Below are positions 20,110 to 30,617 of a stretch of DNA of 32,000 nt, piece by piece. Source of the stretch: Psychrobacter sp. HD31. GTDB lineage: Bacteria > Pseudomonadota > Gammaproteobacteria > Pseudomonadales > Moraxellaceae. Position numbers and translations under genes: made by a program. Under the pieces are notes generated by a model that searched no databases, was not told where the DNA came from, and saw only the letters and a list, made by a program, of their open reading frames with translations. Each line of letters begins with the position of its first letter. Positions within the stretch are counted from its first letter, which is position 1. Location: positions 1,290,001 through 1,322,000 of the forward strand of contig NZ_CP142525.1 of NCBI RefSeq assembly GCF_051097895.1. Reading direction: 5' to 3'.

Positions 20110-20201
20110 TTAGTTAGTCATCCCTTTATTTTCGTGTCCTTTTCTGCACAAAATCCATCTTACCACAGCATTTAGATAAACAAAAAGTCAGTTATTAACC
20201 G

Positions 20202-20663
20202 CTAAGGGTGACACTCTTTTTTTGATTCCTCCGTTATACACACACCACCTCTATAATCTATACTCACCACGGCTTGGCTGATGGTAGACACGCCCTCAAT
20301 TGGCGTAGCGATTAACTCCCAACTATCACTCCCAATTTTACCCTGAGAGGTTACAGGCTCGATACGAATTTGATACAAAGCATCCGTAGCAGGAAACAAC
20401 ACTAAGTTCTGATTGCCTGTATCTTCGCTATTAAAACCGATTTTATTGATGGGTACATTGGTCACTTTTTTATAATTGAGTGTTTGAGTCTCAATATTTA
20501 TTGCCATATTTTGTAGTTGTACTTTTACACGCGCCTGATTTGTGTTTTGAATATAACCTTGATAATTTGGGTATGCAAAAGCCATCAGCACCGCAATAAT
20601 TGCAATGGCAATCATCAACTCTACCAAACTAAATCCCTTTCGTTTTATTTGACTGGTTACCAT
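20202..20663 (-). CDS. PilE-like type IV minor pilin
   Basis: The likely start is MVTSQIKRKG/FSLVELMIAIAII (ATG at 20661-20663), which overlaps the upstream stop in ATGGTAA. The AYPNYQGYIQNTNQARVKVQL helix is PilE-type, and there is a C-terminal Cys pair (VCITEESKKEC). The 12-aa extension in the ORF track is unlikely. Confidence 0.8.
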   Translation of the reverse strand: MVTSQIKRKGFSLVELMIAIAIIAVLMAFAYPNYQGYIQNTNQARVKVQLQNMAINIETQTLNYKKVTNVPINKIGFNSEDTGNQNLVLFPATDALYQIRIEPVTSQGKIGSDSWELIATPIEGVSTISQAVVSIDYRGGVCITEESKKECHP

Positions 20664-21187
20664 GGGCTGCTCCGCTCTCCACAATTTGCCAATGCCCAAA
20701 CTCTCTCCACTTTAATTAGCGTATTGTTGGCACATTGTACGCCTGTACTGGTCAAGGCATAGCTATATAAACCTAATTGCTTATTATGCTGGGTGGGAGT
20801 TGCTAACATAACCCAATTTGTTGCAAGCTCGTCATTTAAAACCGTCGCTTGACCATTTTTAATCGTTTTAAGTGTGATGTGATAGTCTGCCATATCGTTT
20901 GAGCTGCCCAAAGGCGAGTTAACTGATGCAAACGCCTTATTATCATAACCATTTTTTGGCACAAACCCCCTGTAGGTTAAAGTTTGACTACGCCATGATT
21001 CTAGTTGTGCTGATAAACGCAACATATCCACCTTAACTTGTGACTGCTTTGCCGTAAGTGCATATTGCCGATAGCTGGGCATCGCTATGACGCTTAAAAC
21101 AGCCAAAATAAAAAGTACTATTAATAGCTCGATTAAGGTAAAACCTGTTTGATAGCGTTTATGACTGTCATTGTTTTTTACAGGCAT
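20657..21187 (-). CDS. PilE-like type IV minor pilin
   Basis: 176 aa. Signal MPVKNNDSHKRYQTG/FTLIELLIVLFILAV, PilE-type segment AMPSYRQYALTAKQSQVKVDML, and a C-terminal Cys pair (QCANNTLIKVERVWALANC). Confidence 0.8.
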   Translation of the reverse strand: MPVKNNDSHKRYQTGFTLIELLIVLFILAVLSVIAMPSYRQYALTAKQSQVKVDMLRLSAQLESWRSQTLTYRGFVPKNGYDNKAFASVNSPLGSSNDMADYHITLKTIKNGQATVLNDELATNWVMLATPTQHNKQLGLYSYALTSTGVQCANNTLIKVERVWALANCGERSSPW

Positions 21188-21188
21188 C

Positions 21189-21968
21189 TCAATACTCAGC
21201 CCATGATGTTGGATTTACTTTAATGTTGCTAATTTCGCCTAAACAATTTGGTTGGTTTGTGTTTACCAACAACTGATAATCTTGGCGATGTGTACTGACA
21301 ACAGCACCCAAATTTTTTAAACAGTTAGATACTTTATCTATTTGCGTGTCTACATTCGTGTGCTTAAAACACTGCAACAGTTGTGATTGATTGATACTCG
21401 ACATTGCAGGGATTAACGAAGTTGCCACCCCAGTTATATTTGCAATGCAAGCAGTTGGTAAGTTTTGGGGATGTTCATTTTTGTTTAGCTTAGTTAATGG
21501 TTGGCTTAACACAAATGATAATTGAGTAATGACTTTGCCAAGGCTATTGTAATCTTTTGGGCTATCGAGATTGCAATAGCCATTATTTTTGCCTGTATAA
21601 ACATTGCCATCAATCGTTTGATGTGTGACATGGTTGACATCAAACGTTAGTTGAGATGAGTCAACACAAAAAATAAGGGACTCTCCCAATTGCATGTCAT
21701 TAATTAGGTAATTAAGTAAATTGGATGAATGGTAGGCGGTGTTAGTAAATTTATGGCTGTTTTCAAAACGTAAAAACGCTTTATCATTCGCCTGAAACAG
21801 CACATTATCGACTTGTGCTGCCGCTGCAATTTTTAGGCTGCTATTGCTTTGCTTCACCGCCATAACAGAAATGGCTGACAAAACCACCAACAATAACAGC
21901 ACCACAACCAAAGTTGCCCCGGTTTGGTAATGCGCTGTCCTTAGCTGTTGGTGTCTAAGTTTTGCCAC
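21189..21968 (-). CDS. PilX-like minor pilin (PilX N-terminal domain plus a divergent Cys-rich C-terminal domain)
   Basis: 259 aa with a GTG start. QTG/ATLVVVLLLLVVLSAISVMAVKQS mirrors the P. aeruginosa PilX N-terminus (RGATLV..., no Glu at +5). The rest contains six Cys and matches nothing I recognise. The stop lies 1 nt before the next pilin start. Confidence 0.7.
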   Translation of the reverse strand: MAKLRHQQLRTAHYQTGATLVVVLLLLVVLSAISVMAVKQSNSSLKIAAAAQVDNVLFQANDKAFLRFENSHKFTNTAYHSSNLLNYLINDMQLGESLIFCVDSSQLTFDVNHVTHQTIDGNVYTGKNNGYCNLDSPKDYNSLGKVITQLSFVLSQPLTKLNKNEHPQNLPTACIANITGVATSLIPAMSSINQSQLLQCFKHTNVDTQIDKVSNCLKNLGAVVSTHRQDYQLLVNTNQPNCLGEISNIKVNPTSWAEY

Positions 21969-22063
21969 TTTAACTGCCTTTTTTAACCTTTTAAATTGAG
22001 TAACATCCTTTTTACAATCAATTTAAACAACGTTTTTCTATTTATTTTTTATATCAAAAACCA

Positions 22064-24115
<2,052 letters not shown>

Positions 24116-24246
24116 CTAATTTTAAGTTATTATCTTTTTGGGTTTAAAGTTTTAGTTTTCAACTGGCAGTGATGAGTTTGTTTTACTTTTGCTTAGGTTG
24201 ATAACATCCACAAAATTTGTGTTAAGTTTAAACAAAATGCCTGCAT

Positions 24247-24276
24247 AAAAAAAGATGCACATGATGCACCTTTTTA
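24247..24276 (-). terminator. Probable Rho-independent terminator after zipA
   Basis: The minus strand reads AAAAAGGTGCA-TCATG-TGCATCTTTTTTT: a short 6-bp core stem (one G.U pair), extendable by A/T pairs, followed by a T7 run. Confidence 0.45.
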
Positions 24277-24337
24277 ATTTTTTACAACTTTATATTAAGC
24301 ATGCACAGCATATGCCTATTGCAAGTAAAAATAAAAA

Positions 24338-25567
24338 TTACTCACCATAAACTTCTTCAAGCTGCGCACGTAGTTTCTTTTTGTAGTTGGTATTAATCGG
24401 CACACTATGTTCATCTACAATGTAACCATCGAGTTCTCTGGCCATCAAAGATGCAATACTCATCATACTATCAAAACCCTGAAAAACCTTAGGATGTGGC
24501 AATGGCAAAAAGAGTATTAACCCTTTAAATTCATCATTTGCTAAAGTATTTAGGTCAAATGGTTTAACACCATCTATCCCCAGCCCCATCATACTAAACC
24601 ACAACAGACCAGAGCCATCTTTTTCTTGATAACGATGGAACATGTTCATCTCGCCAAATTTAAAACCGTAGTTATCGGCAAGTTTTAGTAACTGTATACC
24701 ACCAAACTTTTCAAACTCATTATTAGGTAAAATGCTAATATTTAAATTAAACTCTGCATTATGTAATGGGCTGTTTTGCTTAATTTCATTGTCAGTTTTT
24801 AGTTGTTCATCCAATACTTGGTTGTTGTTATTGGTCATATCACTTACTTCAGCCTGCTCTGGCATACTGTTGGTATCTTGTTCTATTTTATTGGTTAGTT
24901 CTGGTTGAGTGTTTTCTAAACCCGTGTTATCGCTGTTGGTTTGCGCCATGTGTGCCACTGTTGCTGCCGCTAAAGGGATACTGGTTTCGGCATACACATC
25001 ATGGTTAGGCTCGTTAGCTATATTTTGCTGTATGTCTAATTCTACATCTTCTATTGCACTATCAACTTGAGGCACGTTGCCAAGTATTTCAGCTTCATGC
25101 GATTTTAATACGGTATCGTCTGCAATGTCATCGGTTGGCACATCAGGGAAGTAAACTGGTTCATGCTGTACCGCAGTGGCAGCGGCCTCATCACTATTAA
25201 CCTCTCGCGTTGATTCTGCTTTATATGCTTCATCAATAGTATCCACTGTTTCAACACTTCTTTCATCAAAAGTGGCTGTGCTTTGTTCAGTGGTATTACT
25301 GGGTTCATCTGTGTTTTGTTCATCAATAGCGTCAGATACAGACTCTGAGAGTTGTTCTTGCTCTATTTCTGAGTCAAGTTGTGGCTCCTCAAACTCACGC
25401 ATTTGTCTGGGTAGAACAGGGAGCCCATCTTTTTGTTGTATACCTTCTGGCAGTTTTTGCTGAGCATTGCCGACATCACTTGATTTTATACCACGCATAA
25501 ACAAAGCCAAACCTGCCAGCATCATTAACACAGCAATGATAATCAGAATGAATTCGATGATAGTCAT
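24338..25567 (-). CDS. zipA: Cell division protein ZipA
   Basis: 409 aa with an N-terminal TM anchor (IIEFILIIIAVLMMLAGLALF), a long acidic, Q/E/T-rich linker, and a conserved C-terminal FtsZ-binding domain. It sits between smc and ligA. Confidence 0.9.
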   Translation of the reverse strand: MTIIEFILIIIAVLMMLAGLALFMRGIKSSDVGNAQQKLPEGIQQKDGLPVLPRQMREFEEPQLDSEIEQEQLSESVSDAIDEQNTDEPSNTTEQSTATFDERSVETVDTIDEAYKAESTREVNSDEAAATAVQHEPVYFPDVPTDDIADDTVLKSHEAEILGNVPQVDSAIEDVELDIQQNIANEPNHDVYAETSIPLAAATVAHMAQTNSDNTGLENTQPELTNKIEQDTNSMPEQAEVSDMTNNNNQVLDEQLKTDNEIKQNSPLHNAEFNLNISILPNNEFEKFGGIQLLKLADNYGFKFGEMNMFHRYQEKDGSGLLWFSMMGLGIDGVKPFDLNTLANDEFKGLILFLPLPHPKVFQGFDSMMSIASLMARELDGYIVDEHSVPINTNYKKKLRAQLEEVYGE

Positions 25568-25722
25568 AATACATCAGCGCCTTAAAATTGATAAATTAAC
25601 AAATAAAACAACAACCTAAAAATACAGTACAAAGTTACTACTTACACAAAGCTTAGTCTAGCATGCTTATTAAATATCGTCATTAAACAATTCAGTTCAA
25701 AACAATAAAATCAACCTTCTAT

Positions 25723-28700
25723 TTAAGCTTCAATGTATTGTTCGGCTTCATCTAAACTTACACTTACCAAGCTAGAAATACCAGCATTTGGCATTGTAAT
25801 GCCTTTTAACTCGTCAGCTATTTGCATAGAGAGTTTGTTGTGGCTAATAAACACAAATTGCACATCGTTGGCTAGCTCTTTAATCAAGCCAGTAAAACGC
25901 TCTACATTAGCATCATCAAGCGGGGCATCTACCTCATCAAGCACACAAAAAGGTGCAGGATGTTGTTTAAAAATGGCAAAAATTAAACTTAAAGCCGTTA
26001 AAGTTTTTTCGCCACCAGACAACACAGCTAGGCGTGCATTTTTTTTACCTTTAGGCTGAGCCATTAGCTCTAACCCTGCTCGCCATTTATCCGCCTTAGC
26101 AAGGTTCTCATCATCAATGAGTGTTAGGCTTGCTTGTCCACCACCAAATACTTTGGCAAATAGATGCGCCAGCTCATCATTCACTGAGTTTAATGTTTGC
26201 ATAAACAAGGTTTTAGTTTTGCTATCAATGGTATTAATGGCATCAGTCAACTTTTCAATACTTGCCAAAATATCATCCGTTTGTTCGGTTAACGGGGCAA
26301 GTCTTTCACTCACACTTTCTAGCTCTTCCACTGCCGCTAAGTTAACAGCACCCATGCGTGATAATTGCACCTGCAAGGTCTGAAACTCTTGCTGCAACTG
26401 TTGTTGTTTGTCTGCATTAATATTGCGCCCATGTGCAATAAAATCTGCTAATAACGCGTCGCTACTCACGCCACCCGCTTTACTTTGTACTAACGCATCA
26501 ACACGGTTACTTGCCTCGGCAACACGCTCTTTAGCAATGGCAAGTTTGGTGGTAAGCGCTGCAAAACTTTGCTGCATATTTGTCAAAGTAAGCTGAGCTT
26601 GGTTGGTTTGTTCTCGCTGCCTTGTATGTTGTGCTTGCAACTCGGTTAGTTGTGCTTGGTACTCGTCCACATTAATTTGCTGCTGATGGCAAGCTTGCTG
26701 TTGTACTGTTAAGGTATTTTGCAACCCGACTGTTTCTTGCTCAAGCTTTTCAATGCTTTGATTAAGTGTGACTTGCTCTTTAGCAAAACGCTCAAGTTGA
26801 TTTTTAAGGTGGGTTGTTTGTCCATCAACGTGTTGGATGCTTATTTTTAGTTGTTGTTCTTGCAAATGAATGCTTTGATACGCACCATCAAGTTCTCTAA
26901 TTTCATTATCTATGTGATTGCGTTCATGACGCAGTTGGCTACGTTCGGCTTCAACTTCTTCAAGCTGTTTATTAATTTTTGGCAGCTGCGTTGATAATTG
27001 TTTAAGCTGCTTAGTAACTTGCTGTTGCTCTTGCTTAATTTGTTGTTCGTCTTGGGTCAGTTGTGTTTTTTCGTGCGTTAGTCGTGTTTTATCAGCACTT
27101 TGTCTATCTAGCTTTGCACTCAGCTCAGTAATGGCTTGTTGATGGTCATGCTTTTGCTGCTTCAAATTCACGCTTTGGGCAGTATGCTCCTGTAGCACAA
27201 TTTGCAACTCATCATGGCGTGAAAGACTATTTTTTAATTCCTGTTGTTTTTGTTCAATTTCATCTTCTAATTCAGTCAGTTGGTCTTCTAGCTCTGATAA
27301 TCTGGCTCTTTGCTGTTCTCGTTGGCGCAAAAAGTGGCTATCGCCCGTATTTTTTGAAAATTTTGATAAATGGATAATCCCAAACTGCCCTACTAGCCAG
27401 CCTGTATTGGTTATAATAAATGCGCCACTTGGCAAATCTTCTAATTGCTTTTTAAGGCTGGATACATCAACCGAACTGGCATCTACTGCATAAAAATAAA
27501 CACTTTGCCATAAAGCAAGTCTTGGCGCTTTTATCAACTTGTTAAGTGGTATGAACTGACTTTCATCTACTTTTTTAGCAACACTAGATGACACAACTGA
27601 CGTTAAAACAGCATTGCCATCGCCAGATGGTTGATTGTTAGCAATAAGTTGTAATAGCGTTTCATCTTCTGAGGCGACCATCACGTCTAACCAAATTGCT
27701 AGCCAATTATCTAAACTGTCAGCATTTGCTTGCCCTAATTTTGTCAGCTCTATTTTATCGCTAAGTTTTGGTAGGCTGGTTAATAAAGCAGCGGCTGAGT
27801 TGGCGGCTGTTAATGTCTCAACAGAGGTATCATGAACGGCTGTTTTTGCAGTTTGTTTTTTTGCAAAAACCAACCCATGCAAGGTGTTGTACTCACTTGC
27901 CAAAGTGGCATGGTGTTTTTCTAACGTTTGCAATTCGTTTTGCGCATCATTAACCACCGCCTTTAGCGTATTAAACTTGTTTTGTCCTTCATCAACATGC
28001 GCAAGTACGTCCTCACTTTGGCGTAGCACACTGGCAAGCTTGTTTTGGTGTTCGTTTAAACAAGTTTCTAGAGTGTCAGTATCTTCCTGTGCTGTTATTT
28101 GCTGCCAAGCGTTATCCCAACTTTGAAAGCGGCTATTTAAGCGACTTTGTTCTTGCTGCAATCGGTTGTTAGTTTGCTCACTTAATGCTTGCTGTTTTTC
28201 TAATGTCCGTTGTTCACTTTGCAACTCATCTCGTTTTACATGGATTTGTTGCCATTGTTGGTTAAGCGGTGCTTGTGTTTGTTGCAGGTTTTTTTTACTT
28301 GTTTTTAGCTCAGTCAACTTAGGTAAAATATTAGCCAGCTGTTGATTTTCTGCGGCTTGTTGATTTACTAACGTTTGTATCTGCTCTTTGCCATCTTTTA
28401 TTTGTAGGCTTAAATTGGCATGCTTGTCTGTTAACTGCTCTATCCGCACATTATGTTGTACTAACGCATATTCTGCCTGCTGATGTTTTAATTGCTCATC
28501 ATGCAATTTGTCACGGGCATCATCTTTTAACCATTGTTGTTCGGTAATTTTTTCTTCTTGTTTATCAAGCTTGGTAGCCTCAACATTTACCTCATTTTGA
28601 GCCACTTCTATTTTTTGGGTCAGCGCATTATAAGCCGTTTGTTCGGTTTGCTCTGCTTGTTTGGCAACATACAGCTGATGCACCGCAAGCTCTTGTTCTA

Positions 28701-29391
28701 TATCATTAAGCGTGTCTTTTAATTGTTGATACTTTTGCGCATTTTCTGCTTGCTGAGTAAGCGTTTTATGTTGTTTTTCTAACTCGCTACGCAAGTCATT
28801 TAACCGCTCTAGGTTTTCTTGCGCTTTAACCAGCTTTTTTTGCGTTTCATCGCGTCTGGCTTGATAACGAGAAACCCCAGCCCCTTCTTCAATAAAGTCC
28901 CTTAATTGCAGTGGGCTTGAATCAACAATACGCCCAATCATCCCCTGTTCGATAACCGAGTAACTACGCGCGCCCAGACCTGTCCCTAAAAAGATATCAA
29001 CCACATCGCGTCGACGGCAGCGTGTCCCATTAATAAAGTAGTCCGACTTACCATCTTTATTTACTTGACGACGTACTGACAACTCATGATATAGGTTTAG
29101 CTCATGTCGGATGCCTGTTTGCTCATCTTGTGTGTGTTCAAAAGTTAACTCCACACTGGCAAGGCTTTTGGCAGCTTTGTCTTGCGTACCCGCAAAAATG
29201 ACATCACTCATTGCACCACCACGCAGTTGCTTGGCAGAGCTTTCTCCCAACACCCAACGGATGGCGTCTATCACATTAGACTTACCACAACCATTAGGAC
29301 CAACAATGGCTGTGATATTTTTAGAAAAATTAAAAGTCGTTGGGTTGGCAAATGATTTAAAGCCAGACAGTTTGAGGGATTTTAACCGCAT
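25723..29391 (-). CDS. smc: Chromosome partition protein Smc
   Basis: 1222 aa with Walker A GPNGCGKSN, long Q/E/L-rich coiled coils flanking a hinge, the signature LSGGEKTLTALSLIFAIF, and Walker B FCVLDEVDAPLDD. Confidence 0.97.
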   Translation of the reverse strand: MRLKSLKLSGFKSFANPTTFNFSKNITAIVGPNGCGKSNVIDAIRWVLGESSAKQLRGGAMSDVIFAGTQDKAAKSLASVELTFEHTQDEQTGIRHELNLYHELSVRRQVNKDGKSDYFINGTRCRRRDVVDIFLGTGLGARSYSVIEQGMIGRIVDSSPLQLRDFIEEGAGVSRYQARRDETQKKLVKAQENLERLNDLRSELEKQHKTLTQQAENAQKYQQLKDTLNDIEQELAVHQLYVAKQAEQTEQTAYNALTQKIEVAQNEVNVEATKLDKQEEKITEQQWLKDDARDKLHDEQLKHQQAEYALVQHNVRIEQLTDKHANLSLQIKDGKEQIQTLVNQQAAENQQLANILPKLTELKTSKKNLQQTQAPLNQQWQQIHVKRDELQSEQRTLEKQQALSEQTNNRLQQEQSRLNSRFQSWDNAWQQITAQEDTDTLETCLNEHQNKLASVLRQSEDVLAHVDEGQNKFNTLKAVVNDAQNELQTLEKHHATLASEYNTLHGLVFAKKQTAKTAVHDTSVETLTAANSAAALLTSLPKLSDKIELTKLGQANADSLDNWLAIWLDVMVASEDETLLQLIANNQPSGDGNAVLTSVVSSSVAKKVDESQFIPLNKLIKAPRLALWQSVYFYAVDASSVDVSSLKKQLEDLPSGAFIITNTGWLVGQFGIIHLSKFSKNTGDSHFLRQREQQRARLSELEDQLTELEDEIEQKQQELKNSLSRHDELQIVLQEHTAQSVNLKQQKHDHQQAITELSAKLDRQSADKTRLTHEKTQLTQDEQQIKQEQQQVTKQLKQLSTQLPKINKQLEEVEAERSQLRHERNHIDNEIRELDGAYQSIHLQEQQLKISIQHVDGQTTHLKNQLERFAKEQVTLNQSIEKLEQETVGLQNTLTVQQQACHQQQINVDEYQAQLTELQAQHTRQREQTNQAQLTLTNMQQSFAALTTKLAIAKERVAEASNRVDALVQSKAGGVSSDALLADFIAHGRNINADKQQQLQQEFQTLQVQLSRMGAVNLAAVEELESVSERLAPLTEQTDDILASIEKLTDAINTIDSKTKTLFMQTLNSVNDELAHLFAKVFGGGQASLTLIDDENLAKADKWRAGLELMAQPKGKKNARLAVLSGGEKTLTALSLIFAIFKQHPAPFCVLDEVDAPLDDANVERFTGLIKELANDVQFVFISHNKLSMQIADELKGITMPNAGISSLVSVSLDEAEQYIEA

Positions 29392-29604
29392 AAATAAGTA
29401 TTTTCAGAGCAAAAAAGAAGAGGATTTTAGCAGAAAATGAAAGAAATTAATAATCTTGCCTATCAATCAATTCTTCATTGCCAGAGCGTTACTTTGCTAA
29501 CTCTAATTCATAATCACAACTATGTCTCAAAATCCTTAATACAGATCAGATGGTAATAAGTTTTAGCAACCCATTTATTTTGTTTAAACCGCTTTCCATA
29601 AACA

Positions 29605-29638
29605 TAAAAAACTGCCAAACCCTTTTAAAGTTTGGCAG
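29605..29638 (-). terminator. Rho-independent terminator after the enoyl-CoA hydratase gene
   Basis: CTGCCAAAC (29612-29620) pairs with GTTTGGCAG (29630-29638), followed on the minus strand by a T6 run. Confidence 0.7.
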
Positions 29639-29682
29639 CATTTTACTTTTAAATCATATATTATGTTAAGCGGACTAAAAGA

Positions 29683-30486
29683 CTACTTAAACTGTCGTTT
29701 TAAAAACTCAATCGAGCTGTCTTTGGCTTTTTTAACAGCCAACTTCTGATTCTTGCCTAGCATTAACTTCATTTGCCATACTTTTTCTTGATACAGTGTC
29801 GTTGCAGGCTGCTTAAACATACGATTAACCACCCGTTTGCTTGCCAAAACGGCATCAGGCGATCGGGTTTTTAACTCTTCTGCCAATAACATCGCTTTTT
29901 CTAACGGGGCATCATCCACATGGGTGATTAACCCAACCTCTTTAGCCTCTTGCGCTTCTATAACACGGGCTGTCATCGCCAGCTCTTTTAACACATCAAT
30001 ATTAACAGAGCCAAATGCCGATTGCGTTAGCCCCATATCTGGCACAAGCCCCCACTTTGCTTCCATGATAGAAAACTTACCATTAGACGAGCTAATCCTT
30101 ACATCACAACCCATCACTAATTGCAACCCTGCACCAATACAATGCCCATGGATACTGGCTATTACTGGTACTGGCAACTCACGCCAGCATAAGTTAACTT
30201 TTTGAAACATGTTTTGGTAAGGTTTGATTAGCTCCCACATTGCAAAAGTTCTATTTTTAGGGTCATTTAATGAACCTAAATCAATACCGGCACAAAAGTC
30301 ATCACCCGAGCCTGTTAAAATCACTGCTCGCACACTTTTGTCTGCTTTAATTTTTTTAGAAACCTTGATGAGTTCTCGTATTAACTCAAAGCTCATTGCA
30401 TTTTTTTTGTCGGGTCTATTTAATGTGACTGTCGTAATTTGGTTAGTCGTTTCTACCGTAACATACTTGTAGGGACGGGTGCTCAT
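29683..30486 (-). CDS. Enoyl-CoA hydratase/isomerase (crotonase) family protein
   Basis: 267 aa with VTLNRPDKKNAM, ILTGSGDDFCAGIDL (oxyanion-hole region) and GHCIGAGLQL motifs. Confidence 0.85.
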   Translation of the reverse strand: MSTRPYKYVTVETTNQITTVTLNRPDKKNAMSFELIRELIKVSKKIKADKSVRAVILTGSGDDFCAGIDLGSLNDPKNRTFAMWELIKPYQNMFQKVNLCWRELPVPVIASIHGHCIGAGLQLVMGCDVRISSSNGKFSIMEAKWGLVPDMGLTQSAFGSVNIDVLKELAMTARVIEAQEAKEVGLITHVDDAPLEKAMLLAEELKTRSPDAVLASKRVVNRMFKQPATTLYQEKVWQMKLMLGKNQKLAVKKAKDSSIEFLKRQFK

Positions 30487-30617
30487 ATATCATCCTTAAT
30501 ATCTAATTAATACCTAGCTAAGTAATAGTGAAAAAAAGCTGCTATTGGTTTTCTATTCTAACCACAGACTATGCTAATAAGTTAAAAAAATAAGAACACG
30601 CCAGTCATTTACGATAT

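Noticed and set aside
20110-20201. Sigma54 (-24/-12) promoter upstream of the major-type pilin gene, as in Pseudomonas pilA
   Set aside because: No GG-N10-GC element with TGGCAC/TTGC character is present on the minus strand. Only a weak sigma70-like signal with a short 15-nt spacer is present, so I did not list it as a feature.
20664-20699. Upstream Met (MGIGKLWRAEQP...) as the start of the second PilE-like gene
   Set aside because: It would give a 22-residue leader and a 43-nt overlap with the upstream gene. The internal ATG gives a normal prepilin leader (MVTSQIKRKG/F) and a classic ATGGTAA coupling overlap.
25733-29440. Many 60-110 aa plus-strand ORFs antisense to smc, and ORFs at 25105-25463 inside zipA
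   Set aside because: These are Ser/Leu/Cys-rich translations typical of the antisense frame of Q/E/L-rich coiled-coil or acidic-linker coding sequence. They have no RBS or independent signals.
29437-29553. A 38-codon plus-strand ORF (MKEINNLAYQSILHCQ...) in the ech-smc intergenic region
   Set aside because: There is no properly spaced RBS and no recognisable family, and it lies where the minus-strand smc promoter is expected. The support is insufficient.
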